This document shows, piece by piece, positions 19,684 to 30,056 of a DNA stretch of 52,997 nucleotides. The notes under the pieces were generated by a model that was not told where the DNA came from, searched no databases, and saw only the letters and a program-made list of their open reading frames with translations. The stretch's first letter is position 1. Every line of letters starts with the position of its first letter. A program made the position numbers and the translations under genes. Origin of the DNA: a virus (taxonomy: Duplodnaviria; Caudoviricetes); the IMG/VR virus record IMGVR_UViG_3300009506_000043, positions 1 through 52,997 of that record. One strand, written 5' to 3'.

Positions 19684-20829
19684 TCAGCGCATCATCATGT
19701 CGAAGAATTCATCCGTGTCTTCTGGACGGGGGCGGCCTCGCGACGGTTCCGGTTCGGGCTCCAGCCATTCATCAGGGATCTCGATCATTCCTGAAGTCCT
19801 CGATGAGGGCTTGGGCGGTGCCGATCCTGGCTTGTTTAGAGGTTTTGGCTGGCCGGATGCAGTTTTAGTCGCGGCCGGTGCCTTGGTTTGTTTCTGCTGT
19901 TTTTCGGCGTGAAGCTTTTCCATTTGATCGAAGAAGGCGTACAGATATTCCGCACCCCTTGCTGCCTGTTGCTCAGGCGTCATCGGGTCGTCATCCGGGC
20001 CAGGCTTGGTGACATTGGCCGCATAACCAAACCAGCGGATAGCGTACTCCCGATCTGACATGATATCGTCAAGTCTCAGCCATCTCGGCGGGCCTGGGAG
20101 TGGTCCCATCTCGTCTTCATTCATCTGTTCCCAACCGCTCTGTCGGTTAATCAATCCGACCTGGCGGCCATCGACCTCTACGCTTCCGACCGCCGCTTGC
20201 ATCTGTTCTTCCTTGGTGGGCGCCTTGCCGAAGAACGTCGGGCTGAATTCCAGGATTTTCTGCAAGTACGCTTGTGCCTTGGCCGGCTTGGTCAGTGTCT
20301 GATTCGCCTCAATCTCGCTTAATTCTCTGAATAGGGCGGAGAATTCGGACTGCTGTTCAGGCGAGAGCGTATATCCATGATCATTGACAAGGGATGTAAC
20401 CGTCTTTAGGGCCAAGTCGGCGACTCCCCACATTGACCGTGTGGCGTCCAACTCTTCGCCTTCAAGACCTGCCTCCCTCGCGGCCTGTCGACGCAACTCA
20501 TATTGCGTCCGCAGTAAATCCTCATCGTCTTGTTGGCGTAACTGAAGTAGTTGCTCTTGATCGAGTGCCCTTTGGCGCTGCAGTTCCTCCTGTTGAGCAA
20601 AGAGGCGCTGTTGCTGCTCGAAGTCAGCGCCAATCCCCAGCATCTGCCGCTCCAGCTGAGCCTGCTGGCCCAGGCGCTGAGACAGCAGATTCATTTCCAT
20701 CGCGCGTTGCTGCATTCGCTCACGCTGCTCCAGCTCCTGTTGCCACTGTAGGTGCTGGCCCATGCCGGTGTAATAACCGATCTGCGCCAGAAACTCAGGA
20801 TCGGGCTCGTGCCTGACAATGATTGGCAT
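19684..20829 (-). CDS. Putative internal virion/ejection protein
   Basis: Q/E/R-rich coiled coil, upstream of the giant protein. Confidence 0.55.
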   Translation of the reverse strand: MPIIVRHEPDPEFLAQIGYYTGMGQHLQWQQELEQRERMQQRAMEMNLLSQRLGQQAQLERQMLGIGADFEQQQRLFAQQEELQRQRALDQEQLLQLRQQDDEDLLRTQYELRRQAAREAGLEGEELDATRSMWGVADLALKTVTSLVNDHGYTLSPEQQSEFSALFRELSEIEANQTLTKPAKAQAYLQKILEFSPTFFGKAPTKEEQMQAAVGSVEVDGRQVGLINRQSGWEQMNEDEMGPLPGPPRWLRLDDIMSDREYAIRWFGYAANVTKPGPDDDPMTPEQQAARGAEYLYAFFDQMEKLHAEKQQKQTKAPAATKTASGQPKPLNKPGSAPPKPSSRTSGMIEIPDEWLEPEPEPSRGRPRPEDTDEFFDMMMR

Positions 20830-20841
20830 GATGGGTCTCCG

Positions 20842-21279
20842 TTAAATCAGGCCCCACATGCGGCCACGCGGCAGATAGGAACCTGGGGGGGTCGTCCTGG
20901 AGAGTGGTTGGAAAGGGGAAAACGGTTGAGGGAACGGGAAAATCCCCGGCCGGCTAGGGAGCCCGAAGCTTCCTAAAAAAGGCCTGTTGCCGTATCCATT
21001 TGACGGCCAGCCATATCGGCTCCGCGCTTGTCGGATTCGAGCCCGGCGCTGGACTGGGATCATGGGCGTATAGCCGAAGCCCCCAGTTGCAGCTCCATGC
21101 CAGGGCGTTCCGGGTGGGCCGCCCATTGTGGCGAAGCTCGGTTGATACATTTGCACATTCGGCCAGCCGCTCGATCGCGTCATGCGCAAGAGGTTGTGGT
21201 AATTGATCAGAGGATCCATTAGAGTTGTCCTTGCCATTGCCAGATGGGGATTTTGGTGTTGAGATTCGGGTTGATCCAT
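20842..21279 (-). CDS. Hypothetical G/P-rich protein
   Basis: 145 aa, fills the operon gap. Confidence 0.45.
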   Translation of the reverse strand: MDQPESQHQNPHLAMARTTLMDPLINYHNLLRMTRSSGWPNVQMYQPSFATMGGPPGTPWHGAATGGFGYTPMIPVQRRARIRQARSRYGWPSNGYGNRPFLGSFGLPSRPGIFPFPQPFSPFQPLSRTTPPGSYLPRGRMWGLI

Positions 21280-22016
21280 CGGCGCGATGCGGGTGCTGGC
21301 GTGGGACCTGCAGCCGCCCTCTGTCGCCTGATCTCCCGCGCTTTAAGCCATCGCCAGTTCGGTTGGCGGGGTTGAGGTGGTTGACGACCCCACATCAGAT
21401 TCTGCATGGCTGCCGCAAGCCACTGTTGCTGAAGAGGGTGCATCATCCCATAGGGCGAATATCCGCCAGAGCGACCAAGGCCGAGGCCCATCTGATACAT
21501 CTGGGCGCTGTTGGGGCCCGTGTCAGTGCGCCCTTCGATGATGTTGCTTTTCGCCCTCGTGATTGCCAGATCGGCGGCGAGCCTCTGCTGATTGAGCCTC
21601 TCCTGAAGCGCGCCGAGATCCTCATTCATCCCTCGCATGATTCCTTGCTGCTGTGTGGCCATTAGCGAAGAATTGCCAAACCCCCGGCCGACCACGCTGT
21701 TATAGGCGCTCGATGCCATGTCTCGATATCGCCGCTGGATGTTACGCGATTCAGCCTCGCCGGCGCCCTTAAGATAGCCCTCAGCGCGACGACCCATGGC
21801 GCCCCACCCTGCCAGGAGCTGCCGGTAGCGGAGTTCGTTCTCTAAATTGGCTGCGCCCAGACCGGCGCCACCGCCATAAGGTGCCATATATCCACCGGGC
21901 GGCAAGACGAAAGTTTGGACGGGTCCACCCGAGGTGTATGCCCTTGGCGGCTGGACGTTTCTGCCGATGCGCATCCTGCGTTTTCGTGGCGAGCGGGAGA
22001 GTGGTGTAGGTGACAT
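21219..22016 (-). CDS. Putative DNA pilot/ejection protein
   Basis: G/Q/A-rich, RGFGNSS motif, position among ejection genes. Confidence 0.55.
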   Translation of the reverse strand: MSPTPLSRSPRKRRMRIGRNVQPPRAYTSGGPVQTFVLPPGGYMAPYGGGAGLGAANLENELRYRQLLAGWGAMGRRAEGYLKGAGEAESRNIQRRYRDMASSAYNSVVGRGFGNSSLMATQQQGIMRGMNEDLGALQERLNQQRLAADLAITRAKSNIIEGRTDTGPNSAQMYQMGLGLGRSGGYSPYGMMHPLQQQWLAAAMQNLMWGRQPPQPRQPNWRWLKAREIRRQRAAAGPTPAPASRRWINPNLNTKIPIWQWQGQL

Positions 22017-22284
22017 TTATTGGTCCCCAGAGAAGGCGATAGAGTCTGCGGTCTAGTTCGTTCAGCCAGGCTTGTCGTGCAACACAACCACAGCCTCCAT
22101 TTCGGCGTTGTTTAATCCCAAGTAAAGTCAGCAGCCGCTTTAAGCGATCTCCCCAGCCCGGCTGGCAACATAAACGCAAGGGATTTATGCGCGTGTTGGT
22201 CGGGCCGAGCAGTCGATTACATCGGATGCAGCGGTGCCTCCATTTGCCATACCTGTACTCATAAAGGAAAAAATCACATCTCAC
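21781..22284 (-). CDS. Cys-motif hypothetical protein
   Basis: CxxC and CGCxxRQxWLN motifs; 3' half overlaps next gene. Confidence 0.5.
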   Translation of the reverse strand: MRCDFFLYEYRYGKWRHRCIRCNRLLGPTNTRINPLRLCCQPGWGDRLKRLLTLLGIKQRRNGGCGCVARQAWLNELDRRLYRLLWGPINVTYTTLPLATKTQDAHRQKRPAAKGIHLGWTRPNFRLAARWIYGTLWRWRRSGRSQFRERTPLPAAPGRVGRHGSSR

Positions 22285-22592
22285 AGCTGTTCCACCATCG
22301 CTGGCAGGCCAAGCGCCAGCAGGTAAAGCAGGCGATGACGGCCCTCGACGGCGTTCCCTTTGACCTTAGGTGGGTTGCGAAGCGGCAATCCATGTCGCTT
22401 CACGTCTGTATGAACGAGCTGAAATGAGCGGCAGTGCCGTTGCCAATCATCCAGATCAGCGAATCTCGTCACAAATTCCGCCGTGCCACAATTGAAGTTG
22501 GCGACCTTCAGGGCTCGGCAGAGCTGAAGCAGGCGATGCTGACCACTCAGCCACTTCTCGGCCATCGGTAATGTGGCAAAATCACGTAACAT
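22281..22592 (-). CDS. Small ParB/Srx-like protein
   Basis: P..V..VEGRHRL motif. Confidence 0.45.
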   Translation of the reverse strand: MLRDFATLPMAEKWLSGQHRLLQLCRALKVANFNCGTAEFVTRFADLDDWQRHCRSFQLVHTDVKRHGLPLRNPPKVKGNAVEGRHRLLYLLALGLPAMVEQL

Positions 22593-24978
22593 CCTGACTG
22601 TTGTCTATTCTTTCAATGAATTGCAGATTGCGATATTTCGGCACAATGTTCAGGGGCCCGAAAGTTTCCTCGCAGTAATGATGGACCGGATAACATCCAG
22701 GCCCGTATTCTGGATCCTGCATTTCCTCACCCCAGGGGCCGCATCGGTGCTCACCGTCAGTTACGATTGACAGCTCCGGGTCGCGCTCGCAGGTATCATA
22801 AGCCTCGGGAAATAAACAGCGCTTGCACATTTGGGCGTTGACGGCATCGGGATCTTCTTCTGGGTCCGCCTTTTTGACATAACCGCAATCGATGTAATCG
22901 GGACTGTCTGGCGGGATGTGGTTATGGGCAAGATCGCAATCTGGAATCTCCTCACGGCCACCGGTCTCACCGAGATCCCCATAGGGATCAAGCGGAGATT
23001 CGTCTACGCCCCTGGGGAAAAAGCTGGTCATGTCCCATCCAGATCCCCACTCGCTGTTGTCTGAACCGTTCATGACGGCCCACCCATGTTTGATATTGCT
23101 CTGTGGGTGGATCGACATCTTAACGGTGCCGATTAGGTCGTCGAGGTAATCAGTGACGCACACATATTTGCCATTGCTGGTCGCGCGATAACCAATAACG
23201 TCTCCCACTTCAAGATTCGGATCACGACAAGGGCCAGTCTCAAAGGGACGGGGAAGCAGAACCTTATAACCCTTGACCTGCTGGCCTTCGGCTACTGGAA
23301 AATCGTCTTGGTAATTGGGATCATCGGCGTCTAAAGTCACAAGTTCATTGCCGTAACAGTCCTTGGATTCCCGCACGGCGATGTAGTCACAATCTGAGCC
23401 CGTGCGATACCAGTTCGTGACGCACTTACCCCAGCGGACTTCATGCGCGATCATCAATTGAGCCTGGATCGCGAAGATAGGGATGGGGGTTTCATCGTCG
23501 CTGTCGCCCAGGTATGCGCCAAGGAAGCGCTCCCCTTTCTTGATTCGTGATTCCCGGTCGCAGGCATTGATCTGGATCACAAGGCAGTCAACATCTTCGT
23601 CTTCCCAGGGCTCACAAAGGTCCACATCCAGTCCCATCCGTACCAACTTGCCGGGCCAGACGCAATCTTCGTCACATTCAAACCCCTCGCACTCCTCAAT
23701 ACTGGTGGTGCCCGTGATTTCCACTATGGCGAGGCGTGTGAGTTCGGCATGACGAAAGGCATAGAGTGGTCGCTGATCTCCAGTACCCCATGACTCCGCG
23801 ACCTTCACGGCCAAGAATCGCTCGCCTTGCGGCGCGCGGATTGTCTTGTAATGGCATTTATTCGTTGCCATCGCCCAAATCTGGGCGCCATCTTCCCAAA
23901 GATCACAGGCTACTGGGTTGTCGCCTAGATCGGCGATCTGCAGATAACCACTCCAAATACAATTAGCTTCGTCAGCTGCTATCGGATCGCAGGCAGTGGC
24001 GCCAGATTGCTCAAGCCGGATGACCTTGACATCCACGCCAGTAGCCGGAACCTGCTCTGTCTTGATGGCATACAACGGACGACTGCCGGCCCCGCCAGGA
24101 TTGAAAGTCAATCCGGTGTTCCAGGCAAGATAGCGCTCACCACGAGGCGCACTGCCAGTCGCACTACAGGCCCGAATATCCAGGATCCAGATATCTGCGC
24201 CATTCGTCCACGGGGAGCCGCACATTGTCGCGCCGCCGACTGGATCCTGCAGCTTGCCGTTCCACACACAATACCCACTATAAGGTGCAAGCGTGCAGGC
24301 ATCACCGGCCTCATTGATCATGACGACCGCGATTTCATCCGTGGTGGGTGTTTCGTCTTTCTCCTTATTCGTGAGCAGAATGTATTTCTGGCCGACCTCA
24401 TCAAAGACAGCAATCGCCTTATCGCCCGACTCCAGGGTATTTGACTGATCCGCGTCATCATAGATGGTGAGGCTCGTGCCAGGGTTGGCCACATTGGGAT
24501 AGGCGCCCCAGTATCCGTCGACCGAGGCAGATGCACTACTTCCCTTATTCAGCGTTCCGTTCAACGTGACCGCAACAAATCGGGCGTAGCTTTCGAGCGT
24601 GATGATCACTAAAGCGTCTTCAGCAATCAACGGCCGGCGAACCCCAATCCCCTGCATGCCGGCGTAGAAGTTGCGGCGGAAAATCCAGTGCTCCGACCAA
24701 TCATAGGCAGTGTAGTCCTCGCCATTGGCAAGCCAGACCGAACCATTCCAAACCAGCTGCCGGACACCAACCGTGGGAGCGCCGATATTATCAGCCAAGA
24801 CCTGAAAGAGAACCAGCTGATCGCCGATTTGGTCGCCTTCATTGATGGTGATGATGTTGTTGATCTGGTCGGCAACCTGCTCAAAGCCCTTTCTGATGGC
24901 GGCCCAGTTGCGCCGCTCCTGTCCCTGGTGACAAGGATCCAGGATGATCGACTGATAAATTTGCTGCAACTCAGTCAT
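22582..24978 (-). CDS. Cys-rich tail fibre-like protein with internal repeats and collar-like C-terminal domain
   Basis: Three CxWxGxL..C..W..GER[YF]L..P[LI][YF]A repeats; IGTVKM..GWAVMNG..FPRG..TGG collar-like segment. Confidence 0.55.
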   Translation of the reverse strand: MTELQQIYQSIILDPCHQGQERRNWAAIRKGFEQVADQINNIITINEGDQIGDQLVLFQVLADNIGAPTVGVRQLVWNGSVWLANGEDYTAYDWSEHWIFRRNFYAGMQGIGVRRPLIAEDALVIITLESYARFVAVTLNGTLNKGSSASASVDGYWGAYPNVANPGTSLTIYDDADQSNTLESGDKAIAVFDEVGQKYILLTNKEKDETPTTDEIAVVMINEAGDACTLAPYSGYCVWNGKLQDPVGGATMCGSPWTNGADIWILDIRACSATGSAPRGERYLAWNTGLTFNPGGAGSRPLYAIKTEQVPATGVDVKVIRLEQSGATACDPIAADEANCIWSGYLQIADLGDNPVACDLWEDGAQIWAMATNKCHYKTIRAPQGERFLAVKVAESWGTGDQRPLYAFRHAELTRLAIVEITGTTSIEECEGFECDEDCVWPGKLVRMGLDVDLCEPWEDEDVDCLVIQINACDRESRIKKGERFLGAYLGDSDDETPIPIFAIQAQLMIAHEVRWGKCVTNWYRTGSDCDYIAVRESKDCYGNELVTLDADDPNYQDDFPVAEGQQVKGYKVLLPRPFETGPCRDPNLEVGDVIGYRATSNGKYVCVTDYLDDLIGTVKMSIHPQSNIKHGWAVMNGSDNSEWGSGWDMTSFFPRGVDESPLDPYGDLGETGGREEIPDCDLAHNHIPPDSPDYIDCGYVKKADPEEDPDAVNAQMCKRCLFPEAYDTCERDPELSIVTDGEHRCGPWGEEMQDPEYGPGCYPVHHYCEETFGPLNIVPKYRNLQFIERIDNSQDVT

Positions 24979-27668
24979 CGGACTCGCTTTCGTCCAGCGG
25001 ATTTCACAATTGCCGTCAATCGTTCCAGAAACCAGTGATTACCATCACCCTTGCCTTTCACTTTGACTACAGCACTGACCCCACGGGCGCGCGGCCGGGC
25101 TGTGTAGTTCTGTCCCCACCGCTGCCAGCTCCCCGTGGTCCTCAAAGTGCCATGCACGGCATCTTCATGGCCATTGCCGGTATAAACCTCCCACTCAACA
25201 GCACCAGAGGAATGGCCTAGATGCGCGTGAAGTTCAGCCAGTACGCCTTCATTAAAGCCGTCCCGATCAAGATGAAACGGCCCAAGGAGGCAGTAGGATT
25301 CGATGGGATACCCGCCGTCGTCCAAAGTGAATAGCCGATCAAATTGGCGAATGTAGCCATCCCTGCAGGCCAGCAAGACCGTGGGACCACGCGCCCAATC
25401 GAGGCGTTCATGCAGATAGGTGGGCTCATGGTCAGGCTGCAATTGGACCCTCCACCACGCCTTGGCTTCCCAATCAAACCACCAGTGCGGGGACTCCGAT
25501 TCATCCAGCTTCGTGACGAACAGATGAATCCCCCTGCTCTGTACGTCATATTCCAAAGACACAATCTCGCGGTCTGGCGTCAATGAGAGCAATTCGTCTG
25601 GCAATCTTTCACGAGAGAGACTGGTCGGGAAGCCATTACAGCCGGCTGGCATGGCGTAGAGACCATCTGGTGACAGAAAGCAGATCATATCTTCTGGAGT
25701 GCGGCACCAGGCGGTCGGGCCGACGATCCCGATCTTGCGGCTGATTTGATCGACGGTTCCGCCATAACCGGGATCGCCGCGCAGCATCCAAAGAGAGTTG
25801 TAGCAGCCGAAGATCAGACATTCATCGCTGTGCGGGATCATGGCCGTGATGGGATCTGCGAGCTGGCCTGCAAGAGACGGCTGAGCGTAAACTGCGGCCC
25901 CTGAATCTTCTTGGCTGTAATCCCAATCGGTCGGATCACCTTGACGGCTCATGTACCAGATGTGAGGCAGTTCGTCTCGGGCTGCCAAGACAAGGCGATC
26001 GCGGTAGAGAGTGATCAGCCGGCACCCAACCGGAGCGTAACCTTTTCCAGGTGCGGCCTGCAGATACGAGAGCGTCTTGGTCTGCGCGTTGTAGACTTTC
26101 GGAGGCTTGGCGACTTCATAAACAACCTCAACAGGCGACGTAATGGTCCCAGGAAGCGGCGGATCAAAATCCAAGTCATGACCCGAGACCCCGACAATCT
26201 TGTAATTGCCAGCCAAGGCGCTCCCATCCAATCCTTGCTGAACGTCGTCGATCACAATACTTGGCGTCCCCGACCCGGAATAGGTCAGGTTGCCGCTATC
26301 CGCGAGAAGCTTCTCTACATTTTGAGCTGCCAAACTGCCAGTAAACTCGACTTCATATGGGCCGCCATCAGATCCGGTCACGGTGACTGTATCGATGGTC
26401 GAGAGAGCTTCGAGGGCTGCATCAACCGTGGCTGCTGAGGCATTCCATGCAATCGGCGCGGTTTGAGCGCCTTTGAACTGCAGGGCAAAAGTCCCACCGT
26501 CCGTGGTGTAAAGGGAGACTCGCTGCTTTTCATTCTGCGTCCAGTCGGAGCCGGTAATGGTCAGGATATAGTCGTCCGTGACGCCAATCGTCCCAAAGTC
26601 CTTGCCTAAGTCAGTCAGTGTGGCATAAGGACTTGTCACCGCCCCATTGTCACCGCGAGTCGTAACACCGAAATCGGCAATATACAACTTCTGTTCGCGA
26701 TCGACGGCGGTCAATTGCTGATCCTCGGAAAAAGTAATCGATGAGGTGACATACTCCATTGTGTGCGAGGTTGTCTCCACCCATAGCATCTGGCCCGCCA
26801 CGGCCGCCAGCAGATCCTGGCGCTGATTTTTGTCAACATGCTCCTCATTAGCTGGTTGTGAGTATTCGACGAGAAAGCCGCGCACCAGGATGCTTTCATC
26901 CGCGCTTGTAACTCCGATCGAACAATAAAAGTTCGTCATGGTTTGCAGCGCGTAACACAACGAGCGATTGCGCCAAAACAATTGAATTGCGCCGCCATGC
27001 ATCCGAACACTCATTGTGCCGGGGACATTCGGGTTGTCGTCGTAGCTAAGTGACGTGGTGCTATAGATGATGGTGCCGCCACTGCGCTTCGTCAGATTCC
27101 CCTGATAATGACCGTCCGCAAAACTCACCTGGGCCGTCCAGCCGGTCTGACTGGGATCCTGGTTGGCAGTGGCGAGATCAAAATAGATTTCTGCCACACC
27201 CTCGTAGATTGGCTGCTCAGGATTCGGCATCAGGTTAAGTGACAATTCATAAGGGTACACTGTGTCGACGCTCGGTAAGAATCCTGGTTTTGCTCCCCAT
27301 TGATTGCCGATCAGCGAACCGACATTGCCTTGGAATGAAGTGCCAGGCAGATAATCCGGCGGAGAGGCCCACGGTACTGCCTGCAATGTGTCGCGTAACG
27401 CCGTCTTGGTGTAAGCGACTTGTCGTTGAGTTGACTTCGCTTTGATGATGCTGATCTTCGTCAGCAATGAAATCGGTGGAGGCAGTAATTGACGAATGGC
27501 TAAGCCAAGGCCTGGCCGAGACCCTCCGCGCTGACGATACTCGCGCTGATCCTCGGTGCGCACATTGAGCGCATCGGGAGTTGAGTACGGCGCTTGCCTC
27601 TGAGTTCCGAGCGACCTGTCAATGCCCGCAGCTGGCCAGATCAGGTCCAGCTGAGACCTGCGAGGCAT
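24975..27668 (-). CDS. Tail nozzle / tail tubular protein B-like
   Basis: 897 aa; N-terminal ALNVR..RPG, YRDRLVLA..WYMSRQGDPTDW beta-propeller blades. Confidence 0.75.
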   Translation of the reverse strand: MPRRSQLDLIWPAAGIDRSLGTQRQAPYSTPDALNVRTEDQREYRQRGGSRPGLGLAIRQLLPPPISLLTKISIIKAKSTQRQVAYTKTALRDTLQAVPWASPPDYLPGTSFQGNVGSLIGNQWGAKPGFLPSVDTVYPYELSLNLMPNPEQPIYEGVAEIYFDLATANQDPSQTGWTAQVSFADGHYQGNLTKRSGGTIIYSTTSLSYDDNPNVPGTMSVRMHGGAIQLFWRNRSLCYALQTMTNFYCSIGVTSADESILVRGFLVEYSQPANEEHVDKNQRQDLLAAVAGQMLWVETTSHTMEYVTSSITFSEDQQLTAVDREQKLYIADFGVTTRGDNGAVTSPYATLTDLGKDFGTIGVTDDYILTITGSDWTQNEKQRVSLYTTDGGTFALQFKGAQTAPIAWNASAATVDAALEALSTIDTVTVTGSDGGPYEVEFTGSLAAQNVEKLLADSGNLTYSGSGTPSIVIDDVQQGLDGSALAGNYKIVGVSGHDLDFDPPLPGTITSPVEVVYEVAKPPKVYNAQTKTLSYLQAAPGKGYAPVGCRLITLYRDRLVLAARDELPHIWYMSRQGDPTDWDYSQEDSGAAVYAQPSLAGQLADPITAMIPHSDECLIFGCYNSLWMLRGDPGYGGTVDQISRKIGIVGPTAWCRTPEDMICFLSPDGLYAMPAGCNGFPTSLSRERLPDELLSLTPDREIVSLEYDVQSRGIHLFVTKLDESESPHWWFDWEAKAWWRVQLQPDHEPTYLHERLDWARGPTVLLACRDGYIRQFDRLFTLDDGGYPIESYCLLGPFHLDRDGFNEGVLAELHAHLGHSSGAVEWEVYTGNGHEDAVHGTLRTTGSWQRWGQNYTARPRARGVSAVVKVKGKGDGNHWFLERLTAIVKSAGRKRVR

Positions 27669-28099
27669 TAAGCGGCAAAGGTGCAGTTATAGGCGGTGAC
27701 TTGCCAGCGGAATCCCGCCTGCAGATGGAACGACTCCAGCACACACCACTCGCCGTCGGTGTCCAGGATAATTTGCGTGTTCGTGCTTTGAACGGGATTA
27801 TCCCCGACAGTCTCAATGGTCACGGCGCCGGCCGTCACCTCATAACCGACCAGCACGATCTTTTGGCCTGCAGCCAGGGGTTCGGCAACTTTCCGGGTTT
27901 CGGCGCCGGCTGAAGTGATGAGGATCTGAATGCCGAACTGCTCGACATCTTTGATCACTTCGCCATTGACAACACTGCGAACAGCCTCACCTGTGCCTCG
28001 GACTAAATCCGAGTCGATATTGTGGACACTCGTCATGGCACGCTCCAATTTCGAGGCAGCAGCGAGGCAGTCGCCGCCGCCAGCCAGGAGCCCAGTCAC
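27668..28099 (-). CDS. Hypothetical structural protein
   Basis: Coupled to nozzle gene start; start uncertain. Confidence 0.55.
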   Translation of the reverse strand: MTGLLAGGGDCLAAASKLERAMTSVHNIDSDLVRGTGEAVRSVVNGEVIKDVEQFGIQILITSAGAETRKVAEPLAAGQKIVLVGYEVTAGAVTIETVGDNPVQSTNTQIILDTDGEWCVLESFHLQAGFRWQVTAYNCTFAA

Positions 28100-28185
28100 C
28101 TAAATTCTGCCGGCCTGGCCGGTTTCAGTAAAGCGTTGTCCCGGCAGGAGCTGCGCCGCCGGGTCCCCCAAGCGGGGGGCGGGGG

Positions 28186-28428
28186 TCAAGTCGACCGGCG
28201 CCGCCGGCGTCGCTTGGCCTGACGCAGCGCCTGGTCAATCGCCTCGGCCTGGTGGACGGCGCGGAGATGCTGGCGGTGCCGTCGCCTGAAGTGAATCACG
28301 ACTTGGCCCAGCTGCCACCAGCTAAGGTCGGTCCGCAGCAGATCGCTGACAAGTCGGTCTGCCTCTCGCTGTGCGCGTGCGACCGCCTGGGCGACGCGCA
28401 GGAGGTCTTGTTCGGTGTCCTTTGCCAT
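28186..28428 (-). CDS. Hypothetical protein with Arg-rich tail
   Basis: 80 aa, GAGG RBS. Confidence 0.5.
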   Translation of the reverse strand: MAKDTEQDLLRVAQAVARAQREADRLVSDLLRTDLSWWQLGQVVIHFRRRHRQHLRAVHQAEAIDQALRQAKRRRRRRST

Positions 28429-28431
28429 TGT

Positions 28432-28842
28432 CTAATCCTCGCCGACGCCTGGTAGGAACCGTTGCAAGGGATCTCCCGACTTGCCGAACAGCGCCAGCTG
28501 TTGCGTGTGCGCGGCGTCCGACTTGGCCTGCGCCTTGAGTGTCGCGCGCCGTTCCGACTCTCGGGCCGTGTCTTCAGAATCGCTCACCTGGGGCTGTAGC
28601 TCGGGCTGCAACGCCCGCTGATGGCCGCGCCCGGTCTCAGCACGCCAGAAGCGCTCAAGGCCTCTCGCGTCGTCCAGGGCCTTCTCGATGGAGTCATAGG
28701 GGCCGATGGGACTTGGCAGGTCAGCTAGTTGAGTATTGGGCGGGCAAAGCGTGTTCCACCTGGCGCAGTGCAGCCAGATCCCTTGCTCGTCGCGCTCCGC
28801 GTGATAGTCGGTGCCCTTAAGGGCTTTCGTTTTAATGATCAC
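28432..28842 (-). CDS. Hypothetical protein
   Basis: Start reassigned to GTG at 28842 (GGAG upstream), after a terminator. Confidence 0.5.
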   Translation of the reverse strand: MIIKTKALKGTDYHAERDEQGIWLHCARWNTLCPPNTQLADLPSPIGPYDSIEKALDDARGLERFWRAETGRGHQRALQPELQPQVSDSEDTARESERRATLKAQAKSDAAHTQQLALFGKSGDPLQRFLPGVGED

Positions 28843-28856
28843 TGTGATTGACTCCC

Positions 28857-28890
28857 AAAAGGAACCCGGCGGGGCACGATCCCCGCCGGG
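28857..28890 (-). terminator. Intrinsic terminator after DUF932 gene
   Basis: CCCGGCGGGG-atcgtg-CCCCGCCGGG stem followed by TTCCTTTT on the minus strand. Confidence 0.7.
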
Positions 28891-28915
28891 CCGTACAGCA
28901 CCGCTGCAGGCTGTA

Positions 28916-29974
28916 CTAGGCTGCGTCCACCAACTGGAGTGCGTGCTGGAATGCGGCCATTGTACGGGCCGCACCTAGCCCAAAGAGGTTGGACTGGACG
29001 CGCCTTTCCACACGGGCCAGATCGTCTGCACCCCGGCCGCGTGTATCGTGCTGGGCGAACTCGCTGTATGAATTAAAGGCGTTCCACCAGCTGGGGCCGG
29101 CGGTCTCGACGTTATGGTTGAAGTGTTGCTGGTACTGGTCGAGTGCCTTGTCCATGCGGGCCAGCCGGCGCTTGGCCAGCTCAGGCTTTTCGTCATCGGG
29201 AACGGGAAAGTCGGCAGCGTACCGCTTGACGAAAAAGTCCAGAAGCTGGGTCAGGTTCACTTCACGCGCCGCCAGCCGCGCCGCCCGCTCCTTGGTGGTC
29301 CTCAAGGCGTAATCGTAACCCGCCAGCGCCTTACGCGCCGCAGCCACCTTGCTTTGCAGATCCCCGGTGTGCTGAATCGAGATCGCGGCCGAATCCCAGC
29401 CGGCCTGATCCTCATTCTCGGGGATCACCATGTGCAGGGTATTGGAACACACAACACGCACCGTGGTCGGCGTCACGCGCAGGCTGGTTTTGCCGTCGTG
29501 TCCATTACTCACGCAGACATAGGGCACCACCTCATCACCATTGGCGATCTGGAAGCTGGCGCCTTGCAGGAGGAACCACAACCTGCGGCCACCGCGAATC
29601 GTGCCGACGGTCTCGCAGAGCACCTGATTGCCGTTCTCCGATTGCTCTAGCAGACACTCGCAAAACTCGGCAACCTCCCTGTTCGTAAACACTTTGTAAT
29701 GATCGGGCGACACGAGGCCCAAACAGGCCCAGGTATCCTCCCGCACATTCGCCACCAAGTCCTCAACCTTCCGATACCCGTCCACATCACCGTCTCCCCG
29801 CAGGGCATCGGGCAGCCGATAGTACAGCTCCCGCTGCCTCACGCCCCAGTCAGCGCCGATCAGCTCCAGCGCTGCCACTGGCGGCATCGCTTCGGGCACG
29901 ACAATGCCCAGGCCATGCCAGGCGCGCTCGTGCGCAAGCATCACGTTGTCGGTGTCTGTGATCTCGTGACTCAT
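28916..29974 (-). CDS. DUF932 (TIGR03299-type phage/plasmid) protein
   Basis: MSHEI..AWHGLG, ETVGTIRGGRRLW, NGHDG, TTVRVVCSNTL, IQHT, WNAFNSYSE; start set at MSHEIT after GAGGAGACC. Confidence 0.88.
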   Translation of the reverse strand: MSHEITDTDNVMLAHERAWHGLGIVVPEAMPPVAALELIGADWGVRQRELYYRLPDALRGDGDVDGYRKVEDLVANVREDTWACLGLVSPDHYKVFTNREVAEFCECLLEQSENGNQVLCETVGTIRGGRRLWFLLQGASFQIANGDEVVPYVCVSNGHDGKTSLRVTPTTVRVVCSNTLHMVIPENEDQAGWDSAAISIQHTGDLQSKVAAARKALAGYDYALRTTKERAARLAAREVNLTQLLDFFVKRYAADFPVPDDEKPELAKRRLARMDKALDQYQQHFNHNVETAGPSWWNAFNSYSEFAQHDTRGRGADDLARVERRVQSNLFGLGAARTMAAFQHALQLVDAA

Positions 29975-30056
29975 CGTTTCGGTCTCCTCGTTACGTGGAA
30001 GGCGCCGCACCGCGCGGCCCCCAGTGGCGCCCCCCGCAGGGAGCGCAGGCTGGAGG

